Source: Candidatus Krumholzibacteriia bacterium
Lineage (GTDB): Bacteria; Krumholzibacteriota; Krumholzibacteriia; LZORAL124-64-63
DNA: 30,620 nt
Direction: 5' to 3'
NCBI GenBank assembly: GCA_030590265.1
Contig: JAUUYW010000001.1
Location: forward strand, 1 to 30,620
The stretch's first letter is position 1. Every line of letters begins with the position of its first letter. Under the pieces are notes generated by a model. The model was not told the DNA's origin. It made no database searches and was given only the letters and a program-made list of their open reading frames with translations. Below, in pieces: positions 1 to 9,214 of this stretch. A program made the translations under genes and the position numbers.

Positions 1-900
1 CAACCCGAAACCGGCGGCAAACCCACCTTCCTGACGACTGGTCTCGTAACCGGCCCGCACGAACAGGATCTGGTTGACACCCAACTCGCCGCCAAAACGG
101 AAACTCTCCATGAAATCGGATGGATGATTGAAGTCGGCGCTGGTCAGCAGAGAGAGTTTGCGAGCCAGCTGCCAGGTTTTGGATGCTCCGAAAGAACCCA
201 CAGTGGGAGCCGGGAATCCCTGAAAATCACTGTTGGGAGTGGATCCATCAGGCAAGGCCGGTGGTGTGCCATCAGGCTTCAGATCGCCACCAAAATTGCG
301 AACCGAAAAACCGATGCGCATGTCGCCCAAGCCCACGAAATACAGAATTCCAAGATCAGCCAAAACTGCTTTCGTCTGGAATTCGTCCAGATTTTCCTGG
401 AAATACTTCACCGTCATACCCAAAGAGAAACGGTCGGTCATGGCCCTGGCCAAAGACGCCCCGATAAAGAACTGATTGGCATTGAAATAAGTGCCGGTGC
501 CTTCCTGATGGAATTCATCCGTGCGCAGAATATCACCCGAGCGCAGAGAACCTAGGGTCAGGCCAAACCCGTAGCTCTGTTTGCGGTGATGCCAGCTCAA
601 ATAATCGAGATCGATATCTGCGGCGTAAACACTGTGACTGGCGAAATAATTGGTCCGGCCGGGGGTTCGCATGATACCCGCCGGGTTCCAGAATACGGCA
701 GCACCATCAGTGGCGCAGGATACGTAGGCTTTGCCCATGGCCACCCCGCGGGCACCCACCGGAATGCGCAGGAACTGTCCCGAAGCCGTGCCCACATTTT
801 CTTCACCATAGAGCCTCAAGAGATCCCCGGCTGATGCTGGCCCCACCAAGACCAGGCACAACAACGTCGTCATCACGAATTTCAGGTGGCGGTTTACCAT
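1..900 (-). CDS. PorV/PorQ-family (UPF0164) outer-membrane beta-barrel, 3'-truncated by the window edge
   Basis: Not in the ORF track because the stop lies outside the window. Hand translation from ATG 900 is open to base 1 (300 codons): MVNRHLKFVMTTLLCLVLVGPASAG (signal peptide)...GTASGQFLRIPVGARGVAMGKAY...DGAAVFWNPAG...LFVRAGY, the PorV-type 'GAR..AMG.A...WNPAG' signature. The start overlaps the stop of the upstream TBDR (ATGGTAA). Confidence 0.85.
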   Translation of the reverse strand, partial: MVNRHLKFVMTTLLCLVLVGPASAGDLLRLYGEENVGTASGQFLRIPVGARGVAMGKAYVSCATDGAAVFWNPAGIMRTPGRTNYFASHSVYAADIDLDYLSWHHRKQSYGFGLTLGSLRSGDILRTDEFHQEGTGTYFNANQFFIGASLARAMTDRFSLGMTVKYFQENLDEFQTKAVLADLGILYFVGLGDMRIGFSVRNFGGDLKPDGTPPALPDGSTPNSDFQGFPAPTVGSFGASKTWQLARKLSLLTSADFNHPSDFMESFRFGGELGVNQILFVRAGYETSRQEGGFAAGFGL

Positions 901-3809
901 GAGTAGCTCACCCCCCACAACAGAGTGAAAGGATTTTCAATGTAACTGGGATCGACTACACCCTTGGCATAATCCTCACTGTCGGTGGAGGCATGATAGG
1001 GATTCTCCTGGTTTTCAGGATCATCCCAGGTTTCCACCCAGCGGGGGTTGTAGTCACCGAGTTGGTATCCATCCCCGGTGAAGGGGTTGACCCGGCGATA
1101 ATTGAGATGGTTGAAGAGATTGCGCACTTCCAGGTATATGGTGAATTTGTCCCCTCTGGCAAACTTCCAGTACTTGTTGAAGCGCAGGTTGACTGTGCTC
1201 TTGTAGGGGCCGGTGGCGCTGTTGATTCCACCACGCTGGTAATCCCGTTCGGCAACGTAGGTGTAAGGGGTGTAGCGCTGGCCCGCCTCGGCCCGGGCCA
1301 ACAGGTTAAAGCTCCAGTTCGCGGGCATGCGCCAGCCGAATATTTCGGGTTGGTCATCGTCGAAAACAGAAAAATCAAGGTTGAAACTTACAGTCCAGGG
1401 TTTGTCCCATAGAAGTGGCGTGCGGGTCAGACCACCGATGCTGGAAGTCGGTGTATATGCCTCATCGTAAGCCGCCTGCAAATAGGCTTCATCGGCATTG
1501 CTGTTTGTACCGGTAGTGCTTTGCAATTCCAAACTTCCGGAACCACTCAACCAACGGGTGGTGCGTTTGGTTACGGTCAACTCAATGCCCAGGCTTCTGG
1601 CCGAGTCGCCATTGAAATAACGCACCGGCTCGATGGTCACCGTCCCGGAGTCGTTGGGATCGGGAGTTTCTTCGGCGCCGATATCCACAGATCCCAGGCG
1701 AACGCTTTTGGCGTAGTCGTAGATATCGCGGTTGTAGAAGGTCACGCCCATGCTCCACAACCCGCCGAACTCATGCTGCACACCGGTTTCGTATTCGATG
1801 GTGACCTTGGGATCGAGATTGGGATTACCCAGCAGCTGCACTTCGGTGGCGGCCTGGGTTTCAAGTTGCGGATAAACGTAGGCGAAGCGCGGCCACTGGC
1901 TGAAGTGCCCGTAGTTGAAGAAGAACTTGTCCCGTTCGGTGACGGGAAAGCTCAGGCCCACGCGCGGTGAAAGGCGCATCTTCCAATTTCGGCCAAACAT
2001 TTCGTAGGTGTCATTGTAAAATTCATCGGCCATGTCATGGGTGATGAAAAGGTAATCATCCGGACTGGCCATGACCTTTTCAACTTCCTTGCCCGGCGCC
2101 CACCAGTCGGCCCGCAGGCCGGCGTTGACGATAAGACCACGGTAGTTGAGGGTGTCCTGAAAGTAGGCGGCACCGGTGATGGGATGGGCCAGGAAAATAT
2201 CTTCTTTGACACCCAGCTTGCCACTGGGAGGAGCCCCCAGGTTGGTCTGCAAATCCACCAGCTGCATCTCGGTAAAACTCAGATCAAAACCGGTCTTGAA
2301 TTCGTTGTTGCCCATACCCATGAAAGAGTAGGCACCCTTCAGGGTGTAACTTTCGGAATAGTGGTCGTGCCAGCGATCGGCACTGCCGGGCACCTGACCA
2401 TCGGGTTGGGAAATGAATTCGGCAGGCAGCCCCGGATTCAGGGGATCCCAACCGCTGATGGGCTCGTAAGTTCGGAAATTGTCGTTGCCGTTGACGTTGG
2501 CGTGCATGCGGTTGAAGTTTCGGCCAAAAGTCAGCTCGTACCAGGAATTGTCGTCCAGCACCTGCCGGTAATAAACCTGGGAAAGGATGTTTTCGGTGGT
2601 GAAAACCAGGTACTTGTCCATGTTGTCCATGAACGGACGGGGATAACCCTCGCCCGGCAAATCAAAGCCCTGGCTGATTCCCAACTGCCTGCTCAGATTG
2701 ATGTTCAATTTATGGTTGGGTGTCATGTGCCAGGTCCACTTGGCCAAACCGTTCCAGTTGCTTTTCTGTCGGGGAGACCAGAATTCGTTCTCGTAAACGG
2801 GGGAAGTAAGGGTGCTTTGACGGCTGTAGATAGGCAAATAACCATCCCGGATATCCATGGAACCGCTCAACAGAACGTACTGTTTACCAGGCAAATTCAA
2901 CCCTAGTGCGCGCAACCCTGCACTGATCGGATCAGGACCGCTGATGCTGCCTTTGACGATATCGATATTCTGCGGTTCACTGAAATTCGTAAAATCACGC
3001 CAGCCTCTGTGATCGTTTTTGGGCACCCGATTCCACAAATAGTCCCGTTTGAAACTGACTCGCCCCTCAACCCTGTCATTACCCTCTTTGGTGGTCACAT
3101 TGACCACCCCACTGACAGCCTGGCCATACTCCGCGTTGAAGCCACCGGTGAGCACTTCGATTTCGTTGATGATCGATGGGTCGATCTGGTAGCCGTAACC
3201 ACCACCGGCCAAAGGGTCGCTCACATTCATGCCGTCCACCACGAACATGGTATCGTCGGCCCGGCCACCGCGGATGTGAATCTCGTTGTCCTGCATGGTC
3301 ACACCCGGGGCCATGGCCACCATGTCGACCATGTTGTCCAGCGGCATGGCTTCCATCTGTTTGCTGGAGATGAAGTGGCTGCTGCCGGTTCTCTCCACTT
3401 CGATGAGGGCGCGTTCGGCCGCCACGTCAAAAGGCTCGGCCATGATGGCCTGCACTTCGAGATGGAAATCAATGTTGGCCACTTCACCGGGACCAAGTGT
3501 GACCGTCTCTGTGGCCAGGCCGTAGGAAATATAAGAGGCCCTCACGGTGTAGGTTCCCGGCGGCAAACCACGCATGATGTAGAAGCCATCGGTGAAAGAC
3601 ATGGTGCCGATGTTGGTACCGCTGATGAAGACATTGGTGTAAGGCATGGTCTCGCCGGTCTCATCGTCGAAGATGCGGCCCTTGATAGTGACAGGGGCCA
3701 CCGGAGCGTTGGCATTCATGTTGGATCGTTGGGCTGAAGCGGGCAAAGCAGTAGCCAACAGGAGGCTGAGCAGGATCCAGGTCAGGGTTTTGGCGGTGAA
3801 ATGGGTCAT
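894..3809 (-). CDS. TonB-dependent receptor with N-terminal carboxypeptidase-regulatory-like domain
   Basis: Signal peptide; IKGRIFDDETGETMPYTNV...LPPGTYTVRASYISY (CarboxypepD_reg-like); plug motifs IRGGRAD...VDG and IEVLTGGFNAEYGQAVSGVVNVTTKEG; long beta-barrel; aromatic C-terminus (VSYSW). Confidence 0.93.
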   Translation of the reverse strand: MTHFTAKTLTWILLSLLLATALPASAQRSNMNANAPVAPVTIKGRIFDDETGETMPYTNVFISGTNIGTMSFTDGFYIMRGLPPGTYTVRASYISYGLATETVTLGPGEVANIDFHLEVQAIMAEPFDVAAERALIEVERTGSSHFISSKQMEAMPLDNMVDMVAMAPGVTMQDNEIHIRGGRADDTMFVVDGMNVSDPLAGGGYGYQIDPSIINEIEVLTGGFNAEYGQAVSGVVNVTTKEGNDRVEGRVSFKRDYLWNRVPKNDHRGWRDFTNFSEPQNIDIVKGSISGPDPISAGLRALGLNLPGKQYVLLSGSMDIRDGYLPIYSRQSTLTSPVYENEFWSPRQKSNWNGLAKWTWHMTPNHKLNINLSRQLGISQGFDLPGEGYPRPFMDNMDKYLVFTTENILSQVYYRQVLDDNSWYELTFGRNFNRMHANVNGNDNFRTYEPISGWDPLNPGLPAEFISQPDGQVPGSADRWHDHYSESYTLKGAYSFMGMGNNEFKTGFDLSFTEMQLVDLQTNLGAPPSGKLGVKEDIFLAHPITGAAYFQDTLNYRGLIVNAGLRADWWAPGKEVEKVMASPDDYLFITHDMADEFYNDTYEMFGRNWKMRLSPRVGLSFPVTERDKFFFNYGHFSQWPRFAYVYPQLETQAATEVQLLGNPNLDPKVTIEYETGVQHEFGGLWSMGVTFYNRDIYDYAKSVRLGSVDIGAEETPDPNDSGTVTIEPVRYFNGDSARSLGIELTVTKRTTRWLSGSGSLELQSTTGTNSNADEAYLQAAYDEAYTPTSSIGGLTRTPLLWDKPWTVSFNLDFSVFDDDQPEIFGWRMPANWSFNLLARAEAGQRYTPYTYVAERDYQRGGINSATGPYKSTVNLRFNKYWKFARGDKFTIYLEVRNLFNHLNYRRVNPFTGDGYQLGDYNPRWVETWDDPENQENPYHASTDSEDYAKGVVDPSYIENPFTLLWGVSYSW

Positions 3810-5383
3810 CTGGGGACCACTCCCATTTCATCGGTTAAAATCTGGCCGAGGGCACTGATGACCTGGGCATTGTTGAAATACTCCAACTGCAGGCTGATGC
3901 AAACCGCGCTGGCCAGAGGATCCACGTCGCGGTGAGGGCGGCGGCTGCCAACGACCGGATCAAAGGGTCCGCTTTCGCTGGGGTTGTAACAGAATCGACA
4001 CCATTCCATGCGGTACAGCTCTTCAGTGCCTTCAAGGAGGTCCAAGCCGACTGCGGCACCGAAGCCTATCGCCCCGGTCATGTTGGGCAGATAGCTGCCT
4101 CCTCCCTGGGATTCTGCTGCTCGGTTGTAGAAATTTTGCAGGATTCCCACCGGAAGCCCTGCAGCGGCATTGATACCCAAAACAGAGGAAACAAAAACTG
4201 GTGACGGTCCATCGGATCCGGCTCCGGCCACCATTTTTGAGATCAACATCAGTCGTCCCGGTTCACGATCATCCTGGGGAATGACATATTGATGCAAGAC
4301 ACCATCCCTGGAAGAGGCAATTTGCATGAAGGAGCTGACTGTGCCGCCATCGGTCCAGAGAACCACCTCGAACTGGCGGAGATTTTCCAGCAAGACATAG
4401 GGCTTGTCGGGAAAACCAAAAACGAAATCGTATTGATCCCAGTTGCCCTCTCCAAAAAGGTCATCCAGGAGAGCGGAATAAAGGGCCTTTCCCAGCGACG
4501 ATGAATTGTCCGGAACATAAATCACTGAATTTTTTGGTGCACGCACTTCCCAGGTGTATTGGAATCGGGGATCACCCAGGGCTTCGTCCTGCACTGACAC
4601 CGTGAGTGTCCGCTGACCAGGATTAACATTCGTGACATAGACATCAAACTCATAGGACGAGACACCGGTTTCAAAAGGAACCCTCACCCAGCCCAATTCG
4701 GGGTCGGCGTCTGGATCGTCAATATCCCAGGTTAGGTCTGGGTCGCCACCTTCAACAAGAGTGTAGCGGAAGAAATCATCCAGGGTTTCAACACCATCGA
4801 GGTCGAAGGCAAAGAACCGAAAGTTGCTGGCTCCCCAGTTCCAGTAAAGGGTGTCCACAGGTGCTTCGCCCTCATAAATGATATCCCGCTGCATATTCTG
4901 GATTGGATCAAAATCCGACTGGAAACCCACCACCGGGGGATGGTTTCGCATGGGAAAAAACTGGACAATGGTATCGCTGAAGGCTCCCCGGTTGTCCCGG
5001 CAGGCCAACAGGAATGTGGCGCTGGCTTCACCACTGCTGGGATCGGGCACGAAAGTCATGGTGGTATCAGTAGCTGTGGTGGTATCCCAAGGTGCAGGCA
5101 TATCGCCATCGGTACGAATGGAAACGTAGAACTCTTCCACCCAGCCATCCCGATCGCTTCCACTCCAGTTGAAAGTGCGCATGAAATAACTGGTGGGATT
5201 CAGCTCTTCACCTTCGGGGGGCGGCTCTACAAACAACCGGGCCACCGGTGGTCGGTTCTCCAGTGAATTCGGATCAAAAGGTTCGTTGGCGGCACAACCG
5301 GCCAGCCAGATGGAGAACATGACCAGCGAGAGCATCAGGCCCAACAGCCCCGTCATCAGCGTATTTCGCTTCCAGGATCTCAT
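3806..5383 (-). CDS. Lipoprotein of unknown function (Ig/PKD-like N-terminal part, alpha/beta C-terminal part)
   Basis: Lipobox WLAG|C after a hydrophobic stretch; repeated N.PP starts and W.G.D.DG / DLDG motifs; ATGA overlaps with both neighbours. Confidence 0.8.
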   Translation of the reverse strand: MRSWKRNTLMTGLLGLMLSLVMFSIWLAGCAANEPFDPNSLENRPPVARLFVEPPPEGEELNPTSYFMRTFNWSGSDRDGWVEEFYVSIRTDGDMPAPWDTTTATDTTMTFVPDPSSGEASATFLLACRDNRGAFSDTIVQFFPMRNHPPVVGFQSDFDPIQNMQRDIIYEGEAPVDTLYWNWGASNFRFFAFDLDGVETLDDFFRYTLVEGGDPDLTWDIDDPDADPELGWVRVPFETGVSSYEFDVYVTNVNPGQRTLTVSVQDEALGDPRFQYTWEVRAPKNSVIYVPDNSSSLGKALYSALLDDLFGEGNWDQYDFVFGFPDKPYVLLENLRQFEVVLWTDGGTVSSFMQIASSRDGVLHQYVIPQDDREPGRLMLISKMVAGAGSDGPSPVFVSSVLGINAAAGLPVGILQNFYNRAAESQGGGSYLPNMTGAIGFGAAVGLDLLEGTEELYRMEWCRFCYNPSESGPFDPVVGSRRPHRDVDPLASAVCISLQLEYFNNAQVISALGQILTDEMGVVPR

Positions 5384-7377
5384 TTGATGATCACCAGCTT
5401 TCCGCGCTGCACTTCACCGGTTTCCAGATCGGTTACCGCAAAGATGTAAAGGCCGGTGGCGATGGCACGACCGGCATCAGACAAAGTATTCCAGGACGCC
5501 ATGCCCAGGGCCGGGTCGTTGTGATCAATGGTTTTAACCACCTCGCCCATGAGGGTGAAAACCTGGATCTTGCAACGAACAGGCAAACCGGTGAACCAGA
5601 TTTTTCGACCCAATTCCTGTTCACCTATGCCGGAATCGAAGAGTCCGGCCGTACGGTAGGGATTGGGAAAAACACCCACGCCCTTTCCTGAACCGGCTGC
5701 TGCAGGACCCGGCCCGGGAAAGACCAGCAGACCGTTCTCATAAAAACCGCTCTGGAATTCCGGCAATTGCTGCAATTCGTTGGGAGCGGTGAAAGACACC
5801 ACGGAATACCAGTAAGGGAAACCGTCCAGTAGATTGGTGTCCACAAATTCGCGGTGGCCATCATCGTTGAGGGGCGGCAATCCGGTGTCGTATCCACGCC
5901 CGTCGACGATGTCGTATTGGGCCACCATTTCGGCTATGTCGTAGGGATCTCCCGTGAAAGAATTTCCTTGGTACCGATAAATCCGGTAACCCTGAAAATC
6001 TTCCTGAGCCGTGGCAGTGCTGATGTGGTGCTCCGGAGAGCGCAATGGACTGTCGTTGGGCAATTCGTTGCCGCCGGCATCCAGACTGTCGCCCGGAGCC
6101 CAACTTAATATCACAGTGTCTTCAGAAAAACGGGTTTCCAGAATTGGCGAAGGAGGACCGCCGGGAATGGAAAAACCATCCTCGTAGGCAGCCTGGGCAA
6201 TTTTGCTGTTGTCCAGAAGACTGAGGGAATCGGCACCTGCAACCACGGCAAAGGTGATGCTGATGGTGTCGGCCGGGGCAAGGCTGGGAAAAGGGCCGGT
6301 GGAAATGATGCTCACCCAATTGGAGGCAATGGAGTAATTGGCCTCCTGGGTTTCTCCCACATCAAAATCACGGTTGCTCATGATTTGGTATTTACCGGGC
6401 ACGAGCTCGTCCGGATTGTCAGGATCATAGTACCAGTCGTCTCCCTGGGGAACGTGGCGAAAACCCCAGGCGTTGTACGATACGGGAGATTGTCCTGGTT
6501 CGGGTTGGGCGTTTTCGCTGGTGCCCAGGAGACGGTAGCCGATCCAGCTGGTGGCCAGGCCTTCTTCACCGTCATCATCGTGTTCGTAGGCCATCCAGAT
6601 TCCGGGGTCACCATCGGGAGTATGGGACGGATCCACAAAACCCTGGGCTCCCCAGGCTCCATTCATGTCGTCGTAATAATTCCAGCCAATGGGAGCATTC
6701 GGATCATAGGGATTCGTTTGCTCGGTGTTGCCCACGGTGGTGTCCATCCAAAGCCCCAAATAAAGGTCCTGCAATACCCATTCGCTGATTTTGATGATGC
6801 GGTAGTTCAGAATGACAAAATCATCGGCATAGGGATTGCTCCAGGCCAGGGCCCGCAAATTCACCTTGATGCCCAAAGGCTCGTGACCACCACTTTCAGG
6901 ATTGGCGTAATCGTTGAAATTGCTCTCGATGTGCTGGGTGGAAAGAGCGTCGAGGCTGAAATTATCTGCGTTTTGTCGGTTGGAAATAACCCGAACAGCG
7001 TCTTCCTGACATAATCCAATAAGATCAAACTCCCTGATCTCATCTCCTTCGCCCTGGCCATTGGCATCCTGGCTACCGGTTGAAACGCGAACTTGTCCGT
7101 CGGCAAGCACCGCGCCGACCCACAGGCCGCCACTGTAGACATGTTCAACATTGCTGTTCAGGGGATATTCACCGGAAGGGTTGCGATTGTCAAATGAGGT
7201 GCCGAGGTAACCCAGGTTTGTACCCGTCAATCCGACCAAACCAACATTGGTGTAGATGTGGGTGACAGCAGGCGGCTGCTGGCATTCTTCGTCACCAAAA
7301 GTTTGGCCGGTCCAGCTGGCGATCAGCAATGCGACCAGGAACAGAAGAGCTGCCTGGTTGGGTTTCCACATTTTCAA
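5380..7377 (-). CDS. Secreted protein with Fn3-like domain and T9SS type-A-like C-terminal sorting domain
   Basis: Signal peptide; Fn3-like VILSW...FQGYRIYR...YWYSVVSF; C-terminus VFPNPY...IQVFTLMGEVVKTI...WN...IATGLYIFAV...GKLVIIK. Start is TTG 7377 or ATG 7371. Confidence 0.85.
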   Translation of the reverse strand: MKMWKPNQAALLFLVALLIASWTGQTFGDEECQQPPAVTHIYTNVGLVGLTGTNLGYLGTSFDNRNPSGEYPLNSNVEHVYSGGLWVGAVLADGQVRVSTGSQDANGQGEGDEIREFDLIGLCQEDAVRVISNRQNADNFSLDALSTQHIESNFNDYANPESGGHEPLGIKVNLRALAWSNPYADDFVILNYRIIKISEWVLQDLYLGLWMDTTVGNTEQTNPYDPNAPIGWNYYDDMNGAWGAQGFVDPSHTPDGDPGIWMAYEHDDDGEEGLATSWIGYRLLGTSENAQPEPGQSPVSYNAWGFRHVPQGDDWYYDPDNPDELVPGKYQIMSNRDFDVGETQEANYSIASNWVSIISTGPFPSLAPADTISITFAVVAGADSLSLLDNSKIAQAAYEDGFSIPGGPPSPILETRFSEDTVILSWAPGDSLDAGGNELPNDSPLRSPEHHISTATAQEDFQGYRIYRYQGNSFTGDPYDIAEMVAQYDIVDGRGYDTGLPPLNDDGHREFVDTNLLDGFPYWYSVVSFTAPNELQQLPEFQSGFYENGLLVFPGPGPAAAGSGKGVGVFPNPYRTAGLFDSGIGEQELGRKIWFTGLPVRCKIQVFTLMGEVVKTIDHNDPALGMASWNTLSDAGRAIATGLYIFAVTDLETGEVQRGKLVIIK

Positions 7378-7487
7378 ACGCCACTCTTACCTTCAAACTG
7401 AGGACAGAAAAAATCTTCTGGATACCTCAGATAAATGGGACGTGCAGCTGAATATCCTGCCGACACGTTCCTGGGATTCGATGGAGC

Positions 7488-7508
7488 AAAAAGGGCCGAA
7501 TTCGGCCC
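7488..7508 (-). promoter_or_regulatory. Perfect 16-bp palindrome GGGCCGAATTCGGCCC (7493-7508) followed by TTTTT on the minus strand; operator or leader terminator
   Basis: Palindrome read directly. It lies ~115 nt upstream of the CTD/TBDR/PorV operon and just downstream of a weak possible promoter, TTGAAT(7543-7538)-16 nt-TATTTT(7521-7516). Confidence 0.45.
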
Positions 7509-7705
7509 CCTGTTAAAAATACCTCATGGGGGTTGAGATTCAAGAGGCAATGCCAGCCACCTTTTGCGACGATGCTGTAAATTGCCCAAAGAACATGGCT
7601 TCGGCGGTCACTGATCAGGACAATTCATGTGATTTTAACCCTTCAAGGTGCTATTCTCCATTTGCCGCAGTAAGTGGAACCTTCAATTGGTTGCTTAGGA
7701 ACTCA

Positions 7706-9214
7706 ATGCAGTTGCATCTTAAAAAAACTCTTATCCAACCCGGGCTTCCTTTCTGGCAGTTGGCCGAGCTTTTTGCCGACCAGCCCTGTGGAGCCTTACT
7801 GGACAGCGGAATGGACTCCCAAAAGCTGGGACATTTTTCATTTTTGGCCGGGCGGCCAACAGCTTTGCTGAAAGCCAAACGCCTGCCTAGGAGCGTGTCG
7901 GAAAACCTCGGGCCGAGGCAAGGCAATTCCCAGCGGGAATTCCTGATGGATTTGACCCGGTGGCAGTCTCCATCTGGTATCCGTGAAGATGAACCTTCCA
8001 ACACCCAATGGCCCGGCAATCCCTTCGCTGCTCTGCGGGATTTGCAAAAAGAGTACGGAATGATCCGAGACGGTGTTTCGGATATTCCCTTTTCCGGTGG
8101 TTTGATTGGTTATCTGGGTTATGAACTCGGCCAGGCCATAGAAATACTGCCTGACCAAGGCCTCGATGATCTGGATTTGCCCGATCTGGCTTTTATGGTG
8201 GTGGATGAAGTTTTTGTCCATGATCACACCGACGAAGCAACCCATTTGCTGGTCACCGGGCGAGGTTTGGATGATGAATCCGCCAAGCTGGACGCAGAAT
8301 TGCGGACGCGGGAATTGCTTGAGTTGCTGAGTGCCTCAACCCCATCATTGAAAGAGGGGAAGCCACAACCTGAACCCGCAACTGGTTCCAAAATACGCGC
8401 CCACTTCACCCGCGAGACCTACATGCAAGCGGTGGATCGTTGCCGTGAACATATCCTGGCCGGCGACCTCTTCGAAATCTGTTTGACCCAGCGCCTGGAA
8501 ACCGACCTCACATGCGATCCCTGGGAATTGTACCAGCGCCTGCGTGAAATCAACCCCGCCCCTTTTGCCTCCTGGTTGCACTTCGGCGATTTCCAGGTGG
8601 TGAGCGCCTCCCCGGAAAGATTTTTACGACTGGATCGCCATCGCCTTGCCGAAAGCCGCCCCATCAAAGGCACCCGCCCCCGCGGCGACAACCCCTGGGA
8701 CGACCAACGCCTGCGTGACGAGCTGCAAACTTGCGAAAAGGACCGGGCCGAAAATGTGATGATCGTCGATCTGGTGCGCAACGACATCGGAAAAGTGGCC
8801 GAGATCGGTTCGGTGGAAGTGCCCGAATTGCTGGTTGTCGAACCCTACGCCACGGTGTTCCAGCTGGTGAGCACCATCACCGGCCGACTGCGTCCCGAAT
8901 GCGATGCTTTCGACCTGGTAAAATCGTGTTTCCCCGGTGGGTCCATGACCGGCGCGCCCAAAATCGAGGCCATGAAAACCATCGACCAGATCGAACCGGT
9001 GAAGCGAGGAATTTATTCAGGTGCCATCGGTTATTTCGACCGCGGCGGAGCGCTGGATTTGAGCATTGTGATTCGCACCATTGTTTGCAAGGACGGGAAA
9101 GCCACCTTCGGTGTGGGTGGTGCCATCGTGACCGACTCAGACCCGGCGGCCGAGTATCAGGAAACCCTCGACAAAGCCAATGCCTTGATGAGGGCCTTGG
9201 GGGTGAAATCTTGA
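7706..9214 (+). CDS. pabB: Aminodeoxychorismate synthase component I
   Basis: LLDSG, PFSGGLIGYLGYE, SASPERF, PIKGT (Lys typical of PabB; TrpE has PIAGT), ENVMIVDLVRND, FPGGSMTGAPK. Start moved from 7526 to ATG 7706, which has AGGA at 7697-7700. Confidence 0.92.
   Translation: MQLHLKKTLIQPGLPFWQLAELFADQPCGALLDSGMDSQKLGHFSFLAGRPTALLKAKRLPRSVSENLGPRQGNSQREFLMDLTRWQSPSGIREDEPSNTQWPGNPFAALRDLQKEYGMIRDGVSDIPFSGGLIGYLGYELGQAIEILPDQGLDDLDLPDLAFMVVDEVFVHDHTDEATHLLVTGRGLDDESAKLDAELRTRELLELLSASTPSLKEGKPQPEPATGSKIRAHFTRETYMQAVDRCREHILAGDLFEICLTQRLETDLTCDPWELYQRLREINPAPFASWLHFGDFQVVSASPERFLRLDRHRLAESRPIKGTRPRGDNPWDDQRLRDELQTCEKDRAENVMIVDLVRNDIGKVAEIGSVEVPELLVVEPYATVFQLVSTITGRLRPECDAFDLVKSCFPGGSMTGAPKIEAMKTIDQIEPVKRGIYSGAIGYFDRGGALDLSIVIRTIVCKDGKATFGVGGAIVTDSDPAAEYQETLDKANALMRALGVKS

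Noticed and set aside
7560-7587. c-di-GMP-I-like GGCAA...GTCGCAAA on the minus strand
   Set aside because: There is no GNRA-capped stem between the two elements, the spacing is too short, and no tetraloop-receptor stem follows.
7526-7705. N-terminal extensions in the ORF track (pabB 7526; also pabA 8731, htpX 12793, lemA 13400, sigma 13702, thioesterase 16558, acetyltransferase 17413, rbr 21050)
   Set aside because: Homology begins at downstream starts that have SD sequences, promoter fits or stop/start coupling; the extensions overlap promoters or other genes.
7706-9214. Calling the chorismate-binding enzyme trpE
   Set aside because: PIKGT and LLDSG fit PabB rather than TrpE (PIAGT, LLES), and no trp genes are nearby.
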